This document shows, in pieces, positions 1-8,715 of a stretch of 64,000 nucleotides of DNA (positions within the stretch are counted from its first letter, which is position 1; every line of letters starts with the position of its first letter). Source of the DNA: an uncultured Erysipelotrichaceae bacterium (GTDB lineage: Bacteria > Bacillota_I > Bacilli_A > RF39 > UBA660); assembly GCA_902764145.1 (NCBI GenBank), contig CACWUS010000005.1:4207-68206 (forward strand). Reading direction: 5' to 3'. Made by a program: the position numbers and the translations under genes. Below the pieces are notes generated by a model that saw only the letters and a program-made list of their open reading frames with translations, was not told where the DNA came from and searched no databases.

Positions 1-1
1 A

Positions 2-199
2 GATTTAAATAATCTTAAGAGTGATGTTTTACAAGTGGGACAAAAACTATTACTACCATCTAAGACGTATATTGTTAAAAAGGGAGATAGCTTGTGGAAA
101 ATAGCTAAAGAGTATAATACTACCATTAATGATTTAATTAAAAATAATAATTTAAAAAGCACAACTTTACAAATAGGTCAAAAATTGAATTTAGGATAG
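2..199 (+). CDS. 3' end of a LysM-repeat peptidoglycan-binding protein (partial, starts before window)
   Basis: Frame from nt 2 reads ...LQVGQKLLLPSKTYIVKKGDSLWKIAKEYNTTINDLIKNNNLKSTTLQIGQKLNLG*, i.e. end of one LysM and one full LysM; TAG at 197-199. Confidence 0.9.
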   Translation, partial: DLNNLKSDVLQVGQKLLLPSKTYIVKKGDSLWKIAKEYNTTINDLIKNNNLKSTTLQIGQKLNLG

Positions 200-220
200 A
201 ACATGTGATAAAATAATCAC

Positions 221-946
221 ATGAGAAGTTATGGTAAAAATAAAATATGGTTTTTTCTAATATTATTAATTGCTTGTTTGTATTTTGAATATAATGATTC
301 TTTAAAAAATACATTAGCTATAAATGATAAAAAAGAGGAATATATTAGTAATAGTAATAGTAATATTCCTGATTATAGTGGTAAAGATGTAATTATCTTA
401 AATAATAATGAACCTAATTTTGATGATCTTGCAAAAACCACTAACTCTTTTGAAGTATATAGTGAACTTGATAGTCTTGGTAGATGTGGAGAAGCATACG
501 CAAATATTGGTGTGGAATTAATGCCTACATCCAAAAGGGAAAGTATTGGAAGCATTAAGCCAAGTGGATGGCAGATAAAGAGATATGATATTATTACTGA
601 CGGACTATACTTATATAATAGATGTCATTTAATTGCTTTTCAGTTAACTGCAGAGAATGCTAATCCAAAGAATTTAATCACTTGTACTAGACATATGAAT
701 GCAGATGTAATGACTATATATGAATTAAAAGTTGGTAATTATATTCGTAAAACAAATAATCATGTTTTATATAGATCTACTCCAATATTTGAAGGAGATA
801 ATTTAATAGCTAAGGGAATTGAGCTTGAAGCATTATCAGTAGAAGATAATGGTAAGGGTATTAAATTTCATGTGTTTATATATAATGTTCAACCTGGAAT
901 TGAAATTAATTATAAAAATGGGAATAGTAGTCTTATTAAAAAATAA
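221..946 (+). CDS. Membrane-anchored DNA/RNA non-specific endonuclease (EndA/DNA-entry nuclease-like, His-Me finger)
   Basis: N-terminal TM; LDSLGRCG, YNRCHLI and NPKNLIT motifs typical of the Endonuclease_NS_2 family. Confidence 0.88.
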   Translation: MRSYGKNKIWFFLILLIACLYFEYNDSLKNTLAINDKKEEYISNSNSNIPDYSGKDVIILNNNEPNFDDLAKTTNSFEVYSELDSLGRCGEAYANIGVELMPTSKRESIGSIKPSGWQIKRYDIITDGLYLYNRCHLIAFQLTAENANPKNLITCTRHMNADVMTIYELKVGNYIRKTNNHVLYRSTPIFEGDNLIAKGIELEALSVEDNGKGIKFHVFIYNVQPGIEINYKNGNSSLIKK

Positions 947-1001
947 GACTTTTTAATTGAAAAAATTTTAATATATAGTATAATTACTATATGGTGATTT
1001 T

Positions 1002-2951
1002 ATGGGTGTATTATATAAAATTAGAGATTTTGTACATTCGAGCATCATAAAAGGTATTTTTGTAAAAATTAGGGATTTTATAAAGGTTAATTATAGACAA
1101 TATATACTTTGGATGGCTCTTCCTTTTATGCTTATGGATGTATTTATATATATTTTTGGTAGTGATATAAGTTATGTAAGTTATAATGTTTTATCTCCTG
1201 TTTTTTTTAGTCTAGCATGGATAATTTTATTTGTTTTTTTACCGCTATGTTTCAAAAGAAATACAGGAAGATTTTTATACTTATTATTTAGTATATTATT
1301 TTTAGCTTTATTTTTAGTTAATAATGTTTATTATTCTATGACTAAAACATTTTTTGATTTTAGTTTAATGGAGTCTGCTGGTGAAGGAGCTCCTTATATG
1401 ATAGAGGCAATTAAAAATTGTAATCCTCTTGTATATGTTGCTTTTTCTATTATAGTTGTATTTATAATAAATGGATTTAAGAAAATACCAGAAAACAAAA
1501 AGAGTAATCATGAATTAGCACTTGTAGTAATAGTTATTTTTGTTACTCTTCATTTACTAGCGCCATTAACTTTAGGTAAAGCAAATACAAGTTTAACATG
1601 GTCTAGTTGGAGAAATCCAAGAAATATATATAATTCATTTAATGATGCTAATAAAAGTATTAAAGTTAGTGGATTTTTTGAATATTCTGTTAGGAATTTT
1701 TATATAACATTTTTGAAAAGTGAAGAACAAATAAGTGAAGAAGATATAGAATTTTTAAATACTACATATGATAATGGTAAAATACATAAAAATAAATATA
1801 CTGGTAACTTAAAGGGTAAAAATTTGATCATTATTCAACTTGAAGGTACAGATAAATGGTTAATTAATAAAGAAGATACACCTGTTATGTATAAGATGAT
1901 GAATGAAGGAATTAATTTCAATAACCATTATTCATATTATAATGGAGGTGGAAGTACATTTAATTCTGAATTTGCTGTTAATACTGGATTCATTACTCCT
2001 CTTTCATATACAAGAAATGCATATTCATTCAATAAAAATGATTTTCCTAATTCTTTAGCTAATTTATTTAAAAATAATGGTTATAGTGTTAATGCTTTTC
2101 ATATGAATGATGGAGAGTATTATTCTAGAACAGTTAATTATTTAAATTGGGGGTATGATAATTATTATGGGTTATCTGAAATTGATAGTTATAGTAATTA
2201 TGAACATTATTTAGATAGAGAGTTAATATTAAATGAAAAATTTAATCAATTAATGTTTAAAGAAGATGGAAATTTTGTTGATTATATAATAGCTTATTCT
2301 GGACACTTGCCATTTAATAATACTAATCCTAAAAGTGTATGCAAATTATTGTATGACATAGATGTTCATGAAAAAGAAGAAGCAGGTGAAGTAATAGATT
2401 TTGTTCAAATGTCTGAAGAAGAGTGTGCAAGACGTCAAGCTCGAGAGACGGACTATATGGTGGAATTATTACTTAAAAATTTAGAAGAGAAAAATTTACT
2501 TGATAATACAATTATTACTATTTTTACTGATCACTATTTATATACATTAGAAGATCAAACTATTCTTGCTAAATATAAAGAAACATCTAATAATTTAATA
2601 AATAATACACCATGGTTTATATGGGGAAAAGGTATTAAAAAGAATAAAGTATCTAAAGTAACATCACAATTAAATATTTTGCCAACACTTTTAAATCTAT
2701 ATGGTATTTCATATAATACTAATAATTATATTGCTGAAGATGCATTGGATAGTAAATATAATGGTATAGTTTTCTTTAGTGATTATTCTTGGTATGATGG
2801 TAATGTGTATGTTGAAAATGGTGAAGTAACTAATAAAAAGAAAATTAGTAAAAGTAAACTTGAGGAAAAGAATGAATATATTAGTTATATTACTAAGAAA
2901 AATGATTTGACATTGAAGTATAATTATTTTAAAAATAAAAGTTCTAATTAA
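1002..2951 (+). CDS. LTA synthase family (LtaS-like) membrane sulfatase-fold protein
   Basis: About 5 N-terminal TM helices, then extracellular domain with QLEG, GGSTFNSEF (catalytic Thr), FHMN..YYSR and DHY motifs. Confidence 0.85.
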   Translation: MGVLYKIRDFVHSSIIKGIFVKIRDFIKVNYRQYILWMALPFMLMDVFIYIFGSDISYVSYNVLSPVFFSLAWIILFVFLPLCFKRNTGRFLYLLFSILFLALFLVNNVYYSMTKTFFDFSLMESAGEGAPYMIEAIKNCNPLVYVAFSIIVVFIINGFKKIPENKKSNHELALVVIVIFVTLHLLAPLTLGKANTSLTWSSWRNPRNIYNSFNDANKSIKVSGFFEYSVRNFYITFLKSEEQISEEDIEFLNTTYDNGKIHKNKYTGNLKGKNLIIIQLEGTDKWLINKEDTPVMYKMMNEGINFNNHYSYYNGGGSTFNSEFAVNTGFITPLSYTRNAYSFNKNDFPNSLANLFKNNGYSVNAFHMNDGEYYSRTVNYLNWGYDNYYGLSEIDSYSNYEHYLDRELILNEKFNQLMFKEDGNFVDYIIAYSGHLPFNNTNPKSVCKLLYDIDVHEKEEAGEVIDFVQMSEEECARRQARETDYMVELLLKNLEEKNLLDNTIITIFTDHYLYTLEDQTILAKYKETSNNLINNTPWFIWGKGIKKNKVSKVTSQLNILPTLLNLYGISYNTNNYIAEDALDSKYNGIVFFSDYSWYDGNVYVENGEVTNKKKISKSKLEEKNEYISYITKKNDLTLKYNYFKNKSSN

Positions 2952-3008
2952 CTGAACTTTTATTTTTTTGTTAATTATTATATAATAAATATACTAGGAG
3001 ATAATGAT

Positions 3009-4118
3009 ATGAATAATAAGGGTAATAAAGCTTTATTAATTGTAGCAATAGTACTGATATGTATGATTGCTTTCTTTGTGTATTATTTTTTCTTTAGTAG
3101 TATAAATGATAGTAAAATTAAGTATTATAATCCTAAAAGTATGGTAGAGGGATATATAAATGCATTAATAAAGAAAGACTATAAAGAGGCAATTAAATAT
3201 ATTTATCTACCGGATAATAGTTTTGTTAATAGTAAAGATATGGAATCTTTTATTAAAACAAAATACTATTATAATGATATTGATAAAATGCAAATAAGTG
3301 ATGTTATAGAAGAAGAACAAACTTTATACAAAGTTATTTTAAGTGATAGTAATGAAAATACTATTAAAATAAATATTAATTTAATTGAGAGAACTGTTAA
3401 TGACTATAGAATTGAGGAAAGTGATATATATATTACTGATTATATGATTAGTGTTCCTAAAAATACTGATGTATTTATTGATAATTATGAAGTAAGAAAA
3501 GAATTATTAATTAAAAATAATAATGATGAGGATATATATTTGATTCCTGCGATTGGCGCTTTTGAAAAAGATTTTAGATTAGTTAACAAGTTATCAACAA
3601 AAGAAACCAAGGTCACACCAATTAATTCTAGTGATATTATTAAATTATCTATTGAGTTAAGTAATAATGAATTAAAAGAAAAAGCATATTCATTTATTAA
3701 AACAACGTGGAATAATATGTATACTGGTTATAGTAAAAAAGATGATATATCTAATTATATGAAATATTTTGACGAAAGTTTTAAAGTTGATGATGTTAAA
3801 AATTATTATTCAAAAGGATTTAAAAAAATAAGTACTGGACTTACTTCTATTGGAAAATTTCAAAGTTATAAAATAACTAATATAATTGATAATGAAGAGG
3901 AACCATCAATAATCATTAATGACGAGTTAATTAAAGTTAATTTTGGTTACTCATTATCTTGGAAATGGAAATTTGCTGGAGCTAATAGTGCCGTTAAGAT
4001 GAATATGAATAGATATTCTAGTCTGGTTCTTAAAGTTAAGGATGATAGTTTTGTTATTTATGAAGTACCTGATATTGGACTATTTAATTATACTAGTCAG
4101 TATACAAGGGACTTTTAA
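3009..4118 (+). CDS. Hypothetical single-TM extracytoplasmic protein (weakly TcaA-like)
   Basis: 369 aa ORF with RBS (AGGAG); one N-terminal TM followed by a soluble beta-rich region. Confidence 0.6.
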   Translation: MNNKGNKALLIVAIVLICMIAFFVYYFFFSSINDSKIKYYNPKSMVEGYINALIKKDYKEAIKYIYLPDNSFVNSKDMESFIKTKYYYNDIDKMQISDVIEEEQTLYKVILSDSNENTIKININLIERTVNDYRIEESDIYITDYMISVPKNTDVFIDNYEVRKELLIKNNNDEDIYLIPAIGAFEKDFRLVNKLSTKETKVTPINSSDIIKLSIELSNNELKEKAYSFIKTTWNNMYTGYSKKDDISNYMKYFDESFKVDDVKNYYSKGFKKISTGLTSIGKFQSYKITNIIDNEEEPSIIINDELIKVNFGYSLSWKWKFAGANSAVKMNMNRYSSLVLKVKDDSFVIYEVPDIGLFNYTSQYTRDF

Positions 4119-4119
4119 A

Positions 4120-4143
4120 AAAAAGATGTATAAACATCTTTTT
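4120..4143. terminator. Bidirectional intrinsic terminator
   Basis: AAAAAGATGT-ataa-ACATCTTTTT inverted repeat between convergent genes. Confidence 0.75.
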
Positions 4144-4336
4144 ATATTGGTAATTTTTTATATAGAATATATCCTGCTAGGATTATGACTAATAATGTAT
4201 ATATTATTTTTATTAATAAAGATAAAAATTTAACTACTTTTTTATTCTTTATTTTTTTATCTAAATAAGATATAGGTTTTTTATAAAATGTTGTTGCAAA
4301 CCCTTCATTATAAAATTGCTTTTTCGCTTCTTTCAT
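4142..4336 (-). CDS. Small membrane protein (64 aa) translationally coupled to the GT2
   Basis: Start overlaps the GT2 stop by 1 nt; C-terminal hydrophobic helix. Confidence 0.65.
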   Translation of the reverse strand: MKEAKKQFYNEGFATTFYKKPISYLDKKIKNKKVVKFLSLLIKIIYTLLVIILAGYILYKKLPI

Positions 4337-5838
4337 TAGTTACCCCCATTAATATCATCGATTGTTATTTTACTTTCATGTGGTATTGGTTTCCAAGTTA
4401 CATCCATAAATAAAGCTGCGTATGTTGTATATCTTCCAATAATATCAAATGTTGGCCATGTGAATATGAATAATAATTTATTTTTAAAACTCATTTTTTT
4501 AATTCTGGCTTCTTCTATTATTAATAGATAAATTGCCATTAGCATGTTTGAAAAATATGCTCCAATTCTATATAAAATTCTAAACCATATAGCAAGTAAT
4601 CCACTTACTAATAATGCTTTATATCCACTAGGAATATTTATATTAATTACAAATACTTTTCTTAAGAATTTTGTTAAGAATGATCCACCACTAAACAGAC
4701 TAACATCCGCTATACCATTAATATATGAATAACATGAATAGATTATTACACTAACAATTAACCATCTAACTAAATTAATAAATGATATTGGTGTTAATTG
4801 AACTAATGTATCAAATGAAGCAAATCTATGTCTTATTGATTCGACAATATTTAATAATAATTGTTTATATGATTTTTTCCTTTTTTCATATTTTTGCTCT
4901 TTATTCCAGTTTGTTTTAATAAACTTCTTTCCAAAAAATATGTTTATAAATAGATATGGACCAGATTCAGCGAATGCTTGTAAGTGACCTTTTGACCAAC
5001 GCAATCTTTGTCTTAGGGCTACTTTTAAGCTAATAGGTTGTTCATCAAAAAACTCTGCCTCATCTTGATATGTAATTTGATAACCTTGAGCAACTGCGTC
5101 TGCTGTTAGAGCTCTATCTTCTGTAAGTGAAGTATATTTCCATCCATTCTTAACTATTTCATTTGAAAATAAAAAACCTGTTCCTTGAATATTAGTAGCT
5201 AATCTTAAAATACTTCTTGCTCTATGATTTGTTCTAATTGATCTTATCCAATGTAATGCGTAAGTAGAAGCTATCCAGTTTTCATCAAAGTTTTTTGTAT
5301 TCCTATATGAAGTAATAATTTTGCATCCTTCATCAAAAGCATCATTCATTTTTGAAATATAATCTTTTTTTAATAAGTTATCTGCATCAAATATAAAATA
5401 TCCTTCAAATGAGTCTGTCTTATAATCTTTTTCTATATTTTTAAATAAATATTGTAATGCAAATCCTTTTGTTTTGTGTACTTCATCATGTCTTTCATAT
5501 ACAATTGCACCTTTAGAAGCAGCTATTTTTGCTGTATTATCTGTACAATTATCTGCTACTACAAAAATAGTGTATAATTCACTTGGATAATCTTGCTTAT
5601 TAATACTATCTATTAAGTTTCCAATTACTTTCTCTTCATTTCTAGCTGCTATACATATACCATATTTATGATAGTTTTTTGCTTTTTTAAATTTTCTTGT
5701 AAAAAACATTCCTAGGACAAAATAAAATGCTTTATGAATTACTATTGCACTAAGTATTACACCTAGTAAATCATAAAAATCCTTACAGGCATTATATGAA
5801 AAGCCTAGTGATGTAATTATTATATTTATTATTTGCAT
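4336..5838 (-). CDS. Processive family 2 glycosyltransferase (IcaA/cellulose-synthase-like)
   Basis: ARNEE, ADNCTD, DAD, TED and QRLRW (QxxRW) motifs; N- and C-terminal TM helices. Confidence 0.88.
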   Translation of the reverse strand: MQIINIIITSLGFSYNACKDFYDLLGVILSAIVIHKAFYFVLGMFFTRKFKKAKNYHKYGICIAARNEEKVIGNLIDSINKQDYPSELYTIFVVADNCTDNTAKIAASKGAIVYERHDEVHKTKGFALQYLFKNIEKDYKTDSFEGYFIFDADNLLKKDYISKMNDAFDEGCKIITSYRNTKNFDENWIASTYALHWIRSIRTNHRARSILRLATNIQGTGFLFSNEIVKNGWKYTSLTEDRALTADAVAQGYQITYQDEAEFFDEQPISLKVALRQRLRWSKGHLQAFAESGPYLFINIFFGKKFIKTNWNKEQKYEKRKKSYKQLLLNIVESIRHRFASFDTLVQLTPISFINLVRWLIVSVIIYSCYSYINGIADVSLFSGGSFLTKFLRKVFVININIPSGYKALLVSGLLAIWFRILYRIGAYFSNMLMAIYLLIIEEARIKKMSFKNKLLFIFTWPTFDIIGRYTTYAALFMDVTWKPIPHESKITIDDINGGN

Positions 5839-5879
5839 AATACTCCTCTTTCGAAGTAAATTATACCAAATAATCTTGA

Positions 5880-6308
5880 TTAATACAATTCTTCACATAC
5901 TCCACTTTTTGGTGCATAGAAGCAGTGACTTTTATATCTACCAGTATTTATTTGATTAAACCATGTACCTTTGCATTCTTGATTTTTTGATGGAGCATAA
6001 AACCAAAGAGCATTAGTGGCTGGATAATAAGATTCTCCTTTTAATACTCGTTTAGCAAGTTCTTTTTCTTTAGTAGTGGCATTTCCACTGTTAAAAAGCT
6101 TACTATTAGTTCCAACAAATCCACCTGGTTTTTGATATATTACATCTGTAATTGATCTTATATTTTTAAAATCTAAACAGTTTGCTATTGCTCTGTTTAC
6201 TATAACATTACCTACCATTAGCATGGCTAGTTCTCCTTCTGATAGTGCTTCAGCTCTCATTAACCTAGCACATAAATCTAGTTCTTTATTTGTATATTTA
6301 ATTAACAT
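5880..6308 (-). CDS. cwlJ: Spore cortex-lytic enzyme CwlJ (Hydrolase_2 family)
   Basis: ARLMRAEA (catalytic Glu), MLMVGNVIVNR, CLDFKNIRSI, ALWFYAP and GRYKSHCFY closely follow Bacillus CwlJ; no signal peptide. Confidence 0.9.
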   Translation of the reverse strand: MLIKYTNKELDLCARLMRAEALSEGELAMLMVGNVIVNRAIANCLDFKNIRSITDVIYQKPGGFVGTNSKLFNSGNATTKEKELAKRVLKGESYYPATNALWFYAPSKNQECKGTWFNQINTGRYKSHCFYAPKSGVCEELY

Positions 6309-6322
6309 ATTATCACCTAAAT

Positions 6323-6351
6323 TATTATATGAAATTAATAAATATCATGTT
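6323..6351 (-). promoter_or_regulatory. sigmaK/sigmaE-type mother-cell promoter for cwlJ
   Basis: Minus strand reads AC-N17-CATATAATA, followed by RBS AGGTGA and the ATG. Confidence 0.55.
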
Positions 6352-6374
6352 ATAATTATAATGGAGATGATTGT

Positions 6375-6563
6375 ATGGCAGTTAAACAAGTCAAATTCAA
6401 TGATACTTATATCTATATTAATGATGAAGTAGATGATAAGGAAACTGGTATAAAAATATCTAAAGATAATTTAAGTGAAGAAACAAAAATAATTGAAAAG
6501 ATTAATATTCAAGAATCACTTGAGAAAACCTCTTTAGATATCATGGGTGATAAAAATGAGTGA
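6375..6563 (+). CDS. Small acidic hypothetical protein (62 aa)
   Basis: GGAG RBS upstream; overlaps the start of the next ORF. Confidence 0.55.
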   Translation: MAVKQVKFNDTYIYINDEVDDKETGIKISKDNLSEETKIIEKINIQESLEKTSLDIMGDKNE

Positions 6564-7983
6564 TAATCTTCCTAATACAAGTTTCTATTATGATTTGTCT
6601 ACTGCTAAAGAAATGGATTCATTTCTAAAATATATTAATACAATCGCTAAAAGTAATCCTGAATTATATATAAGTTCTGATATTATATATAATGAATTAA
6701 AACATAATAATTTGAGAAAGGCTGAAATTGATAATTATTCTCAAGGTATTTCTACTGAACATTTTTTTGAAATTTGGAGACAAAAATTTTCAGGAAGAAA
6801 TAATTTATTAGCATTTAGAGATGAAGTTAATCTTCCATATTTTTTTCAATTTATTAATCAAATAAAAAATGATAGTGGAGAATATATTAAGCTATATATT
6901 CCACTTGATTATGATCATTTATTAGATGGAGTAAATGAAATAATTGATTTTCTTGATAGAGAAGAAATAGAATATGAATCTAAAGTTAGTGCAAATATGA
7001 GAGTCGACAACGTAACTATTAGACTTAAAGCAAGTGATTTTGATAATGCTAATAAAATAATAGATTTTATTACCAATAATCCTAAAATTAGGGGAGGTTT
7101 AAATAAAAACAATCCTTTTGTTCCAACTCGTAAGGGTATTGGGATAATGTGTGATCATGGTAATAGCTATAATAGGGATATATCAAGATTAATTAGTTCT
7201 TATTTTGTTTACTGTAGAACTAATCATGTTGATGAAGTAAGTATAGAAGAATTTAGAAAATATATTAAAAGTGCTTGTTATGATATGAGTGTCTTAGATA
7301 CATTTGAACTTGCTTACAATGGTTATAGTAGGGTTAATACTAATGAAGGAATCTTAAATGGAATATTAAGTGAAGAACAAAAATTTATGCTTTTCTTAGA
7401 TACTATTAGGGAAACATATAATAAGCATGGTATTAAACAAGTTAAATCTGCTATTTCACTTGCAATTAGTGAAAATGATTATGGAAGTTTTTCTAGAGGT
7501 AGTGGTGTTACTAAATTAAGAGAAAACTTAGAAAAATATGTTACTGGTGAAGAAATGTTTAGTATGATAAATGATAGACTTAGATTGTTAATGGATCCAG
7601 AAGAAATTAGTGTAAGTGTTGATGGAGCAGCAAGTCAATTTTGTGATATTCTATTTAGTGATGAACTTATATTTATACTTGATGAAGTATCAAATGTAAC
7701 TATTGAATCTTATGGGGAATCACAACTTAAATATGCTTTAAATAATTTCTTATATACTGGAAGTACTAATGGTTTTTCAAGATATAGAAATAATGATACT
7801 TTAATTAATTATAGAAAAATGATGTCTCAATTTGATAATAGAACAATTTTAGATATTGTTTCTAAATCACTTAGAGTAAAAGGAATAAATACATCTGGCG
7901 TAGATATAAGAGATTTGATTAACGTTTATGCTCACTATTTAGTCGAATCAAAATATGAATTTAGTGAACAAATTAAAAGATAA
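6556..7983 (+). CDS. Hypothetical protein; central HopA1-like domain (tentative) and two C-terminal helical repeats
   Basis: KLYIPL...KV...RVDNVTIRL...NPFVP...GIGIMCD..NSYN pattern; repeated TxxxYGxxQxxxA...GFSR unit. ATG at 6556 preferred over GTG at 6547. Confidence 0.5.
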   Translation: MSDNLPNTSFYYDLSTAKEMDSFLKYINTIAKSNPELYISSDIIYNELKHNNLRKAEIDNYSQGISTEHFFEIWRQKFSGRNNLLAFRDEVNLPYFFQFINQIKNDSGEYIKLYIPLDYDHLLDGVNEIIDFLDREEIEYESKVSANMRVDNVTIRLKASDFDNANKIIDFITNNPKIRGGLNKNNPFVPTRKGIGIMCDHGNSYNRDISRLISSYFVYCRTNHVDEVSIEEFRKYIKSACYDMSVLDTFELAYNGYSRVNTNEGILNGILSEEQKFMLFLDTIRETYNKHGIKQVKSAISLAISENDYGSFSRGSGVTKLRENLEKYVTGEEMFSMINDRLRLLMDPEEISVSVDGAASQFCDILFSDELIFILDEVSNVTIESYGESQLKYALNNFLYTGSTNGFSRYRNNDTLINYRKMMSQFDNRTILDIVSKSLRVKGINTSGVDIRDLINVYAHYLVESKYEFSEQIKR

Positions 7984-8087
7984 ATCTAGTATTACTAGAT
8001 TTTTTTAATTGTGTAAAATAATATACAAAAATATTGTATAAAAAAAAATAATATGGTAATATTAGAATATATAATAGGAGGGAAGTT

Positions 8088-8648
8088 ATGAGACAAGAAA
8101 GAGGACTTCAAAATACTGTAATAGTAGTTTTAGCAATAGCAATATTAGTTATGTCTGTTGGTTTTGCAACATATTCTGAAAATTTAAAAATCAATGGTAC
8201 AGCTACATTTAATAAGGCAACATGGGATGTTCGTTTTAATAAAACATCATTTAATGAAACAAGCGATATCAAAGCTACTACTAAAAGTGTAGAAGATAAA
8301 GTAATTTCATATTCTGTTACATTACCAAAACCAGGTTCTATTTATTCTTTCACAGTTAATGTTCAAAACTATGGAACTATTGATGCAGAACTTAAGAAAA
8401 TTACTATGACTGGTTTAACAGCAGAACAAGCTAAGTATATTAGTCATAAAGTAACTTATGATGGAACTGATTATACTCAAACTACTGACAATATCACTGG
8501 TAAAGTGATCGCTGGTGGTGGTACTGCTACTGCTACAGTTGTAGTTACAGTTAAATATGAATTACCTGCAGAAGCAACAGATTTACCATCTGAAGATCAA
8601 ACAGTTAACTTAAATGTTGAATTTGATTATGTTGATGCAAACTTATAA
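8088..8648 (+). CDS. TasA/camelysin-like small secreted subunit, putative major fibre pilin
   Basis: Strong RBS (AGGAGG); signal ending MSVGFA/TYS followed by LKINGTAT; beta-rich Ig-like body (PGSIYSFTVNVQNYGTIDA); first gene before a SipW-type peptidase. Confidence 0.65.
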   Translation: MRQERGLQNTVIVVLAIAILVMSVGFATYSENLKINGTATFNKATWDVRFNKTSFNETSDIKATTKSVEDKVISYSVTLPKPGSIYSFTVNVQNYGTIDAELKKITMTGLTAEQAKYISHKVTYDGTDYTQTTDNITGKVIAGGGTATATVVVTVKYELPAEATDLPSEDQTVNLNVEFDYVDANL

Positions 8649-8664
8649 TAAAGAATAATAACTA

Positions 8665-8696
8665 TATAAGAATTATCCTTCGGGGTAATTCTTATA
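8665..8696 (+). terminator. Intergenic stem-loop (partial terminator or mRNA stabiliser) after the major subunit gene
   Basis: TATAAGAATTATCC-TTCG-GGGTAATTCTTATA: 14 bp stem (one G-U) with a UUCG loop and no clean U tract. Confidence 0.7.
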
Positions 8697-8715
8697 TATC
8701 AACTTGGGGTCAAGT

